Positions 62,589-64,000 of a stretch of 64,000 nucleotides of DNA are shown piece by piece. Within the stretch, counting starts at the first letter, position 1; each line of letters starts with the position of its first letter. The DNA is from Verrucomicrobiota bacterium. GTDB taxonomy: Bacteria > Verrucomicrobiota > Verrucomicrobiia > Limisphaerales > AAA164-E04. The DNA is taken from contig CP170459.1 in the NCBI GenBank assembly GCA_047947115.1, positions 5,056,001 to 5,120,000 of the forward strand. Reading direction: 5' to 3'. The translations under genes were made by a program, and so were the position numbers. Below the pieces are notes generated by a model, which did no database searches, was not told where the DNA came from, and saw only the letters and a program-made list of their open reading frames with translations.

Positions 62589-63200
62589 ATGGATCTTTTT
62601 CGTCGATCATTTGAACAACCCGAAAACCTTCTCCCAAAGGATGGGATCGTCAAATATTACGGTGCCATTTTATCCTGGGAATCTGCAGATGAATATTTCA
62701 AACGGTTGTTGAAATCCATCGATTGGAATCATGACGAAGTCATAATCGCAGGAAAACGTCTGACCACAAAAAGAAAAGTCGCCTGGCATGGAGATCATCC
62801 ATTTGCATACAGCTATTCAGGGACCAGCAAGACGGCGCAAGCATGGACCACGGAACTCCTGGAGCTCAAATCCCTGGTGGAAGAAAAGTCTGGTGAAACG
62901 TTCAACTCATGCCTTCTGAACCTGTACCACGACGGGAGCGAAGGCATGTCCTGGCACAGCGATGCGGAAAAGGCCCTAAAAAAGAATGGGGCCATCGGCT
63001 CGTTGAGTCTTGGAGCTGAACGAAAGTTTTCCTTCAAACACAAGACCACCAAAGAGACCACGTCCATGATGTTGGAACATGGCAGCTTTCTGATCATGCA
63101 GGGCACCACCCAAACCTTCTGGCAACACTGCCTCCCCCCCACCAAAAAAGTGAACGCCCCCAGAATCAACTTAACGTTCCGATCCTTCGTTGGCCTTTGA
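62589..63200 (+). CDS. AlkB-family (ALKBH2/3-like) 2OG-Fe(II) dioxygenase for alkylated DNA repair
   Basis: FNSCLLNLYHDG, WHSDAE, SLSLGAERKF, LEHGS, WQHCLP, RINLTFR. Confidence 0.93.
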   Translation: MDLFRRSFEQPENLLPKDGIVKYYGAILSWESADEYFKRLLKSIDWNHDEVIIAGKRLTTKRKVAWHGDHPFAYSYSGTSKTAQAWTTELLELKSLVEEKSGETFNSCLLNLYHDGSEGMSWHSDAEKALKKNGAIGSLSLGAERKFSFKHKTTKETTSMMLEHGSFLIMQGTTQTFWQHCLPPTKKVNAPRINLTFRSFVGL

Positions 63201-63322
63201 TTCCCTCATTCTCTCCGACCCCAATTCTTCTCGACAGCTTTCCGCTGATCTTTAAAAAATGAGGCGTGACCATTTACAAGCATATTCAAAGGCTGACGAC
63301 AGCATGGAGGAAAGGATCAGGC

Positions 63323-64000
63323 ATGCATTCCTGCCGCACGCATGTTACCACGTTGTTTATTTTCCTTTTTGGATCATCTCAGATCATGGGACAAGACTCC
63401 TTTCCTCAAATCGTCACTCCCAACCCTCCTTACCCGGATGTCACCGAGATGATTGGCGAGTCCTTTGAGGACTTCGAAACAGGAACGATGGCCGGGGGAT
63501 GGGATGCACTGCGCCACCGGATGCGAGGCAATATTTATCTAAGCAACCCAGGGCGGCTTGATCGTCCGCGCCTGACTCAATTTGAAAGGCTGACTCTCGG
63601 GGATTCGGAAGAGGTGGCTGCGGTAAATCGTGAAATCATCGAATACTGTCGAATCAAACAAAGCGCCATCGAAGAAGCCTGGGCTGATCCCAAACGCAGA
63701 CATCCGGCCAAGGAGGTATGCGCTTATCAGACAGAACTGATTCCCCTGGCTATTCTGACCCTCCGTATTGGTGAACGCCTCATCCCGGAGGCACACCAGG
63801 CCATCAAAAATCTCATCATAGCGTTTCGTCCCGAAGCGGCCGATATCGAACCCACTCTCTGGATGCATGCCCCCGGTTACAACGGATCGAACGCTCATGA
63901 CTACCTGAGTTTTCTGGCCTTAAGTTGGGAGGTTACAGGCAATCCGGATCTGCGGGATGCGGCTTACTGGGGACTTCGAGGCGAGCTGGATCATATCAAC
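63323..64000 (+). CDS. Partial hypothetical protein, probably secreted, running off the window end
   Basis: Hand-translated open frame of 226 codons, MHSCRTHVTTLFIFLFGSSQIMG...NAHDYLSFLALSWEVTGNPDLRDAAYWGLRGELDHIN, with no stop. Not in the ORF track because it lacks a stop. Confidence 0.7.
   Translation, partial: MHSCRTHVTTLFIFLFGSSQIMGQDSFPQIVTPNPPYPDVTEMIGESFEDFETGTMAGGWDALRHRMRGNIYLSNPGRLDRPRLTQFERLTLGDSEEVAAVNREIIEYCRIKQSAIEEAWADPKRRHPAKEVCAYQTELIPLAILTLRIGERLIPEAHQAIKNLIIAFRPEAADIEPTLWMHAPGYNGSNAHDYLSFLALSWEVTGNPDLRDAAYWGLRGELDHIN

Noticed and set aside
33800..64000. Genomic island or mobile element explaining the patchwork region and the ars operon
   Set aside because: No integrase, transposase, tRNA attachment site or flanking direct repeats were seen, and no obvious compositional shift by eye.

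Overview
Bacterial chromosomal DNA whose gene content points to Verrucomicrobiota/PVC (DUF1552/DUF1592 and DUF1549/DUF1553-DUF1501 cassettes, secreted proteins of verrucomicrobial type). The taxon is inferred, not searched. The first ~24 kb holds two separate secretin-based machines. One is the 3' part of a type II secretion-like operon on the + strand (GspJ-, K-, L-, M-, C-like genes and a 1066-aa secretin with six KH-like N-domains), followed by a secreted LamG-type protein. The other is a minus-strand liposecretin/PilM-N/PilO/PilP/GspE-PilB ATPase operon. mfd lies between them and ispA follows. The rest is a patchwork: monomeric icd, U32 + ferredoxin, an S9 peptidase, an acetyl-CoA transferase-GNAT/deacetylase pair, a very large secreted protein combining a caspase-fold domain with a beta-helix, arsRDA with no pump gene, PVC heme-c cassettes, and sialidase-like, PhyH, PTE and AlkB genes. 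The best lead is a ~60-90-aa W...(S/T)xx(L/V)xxxW...(F/Y)(F/Y)(R/S)(V/L) module shared by three unrelated signal-peptide proteins, a candidate sorting domain for the unusual secretin system. Three genes are broken by single lesions (two in-frame TAGs, one frameshift). No rRNA, tRNA, CRISPR array or transposase was recognised. All calls come from reading motifs by eye; no database searches were run.
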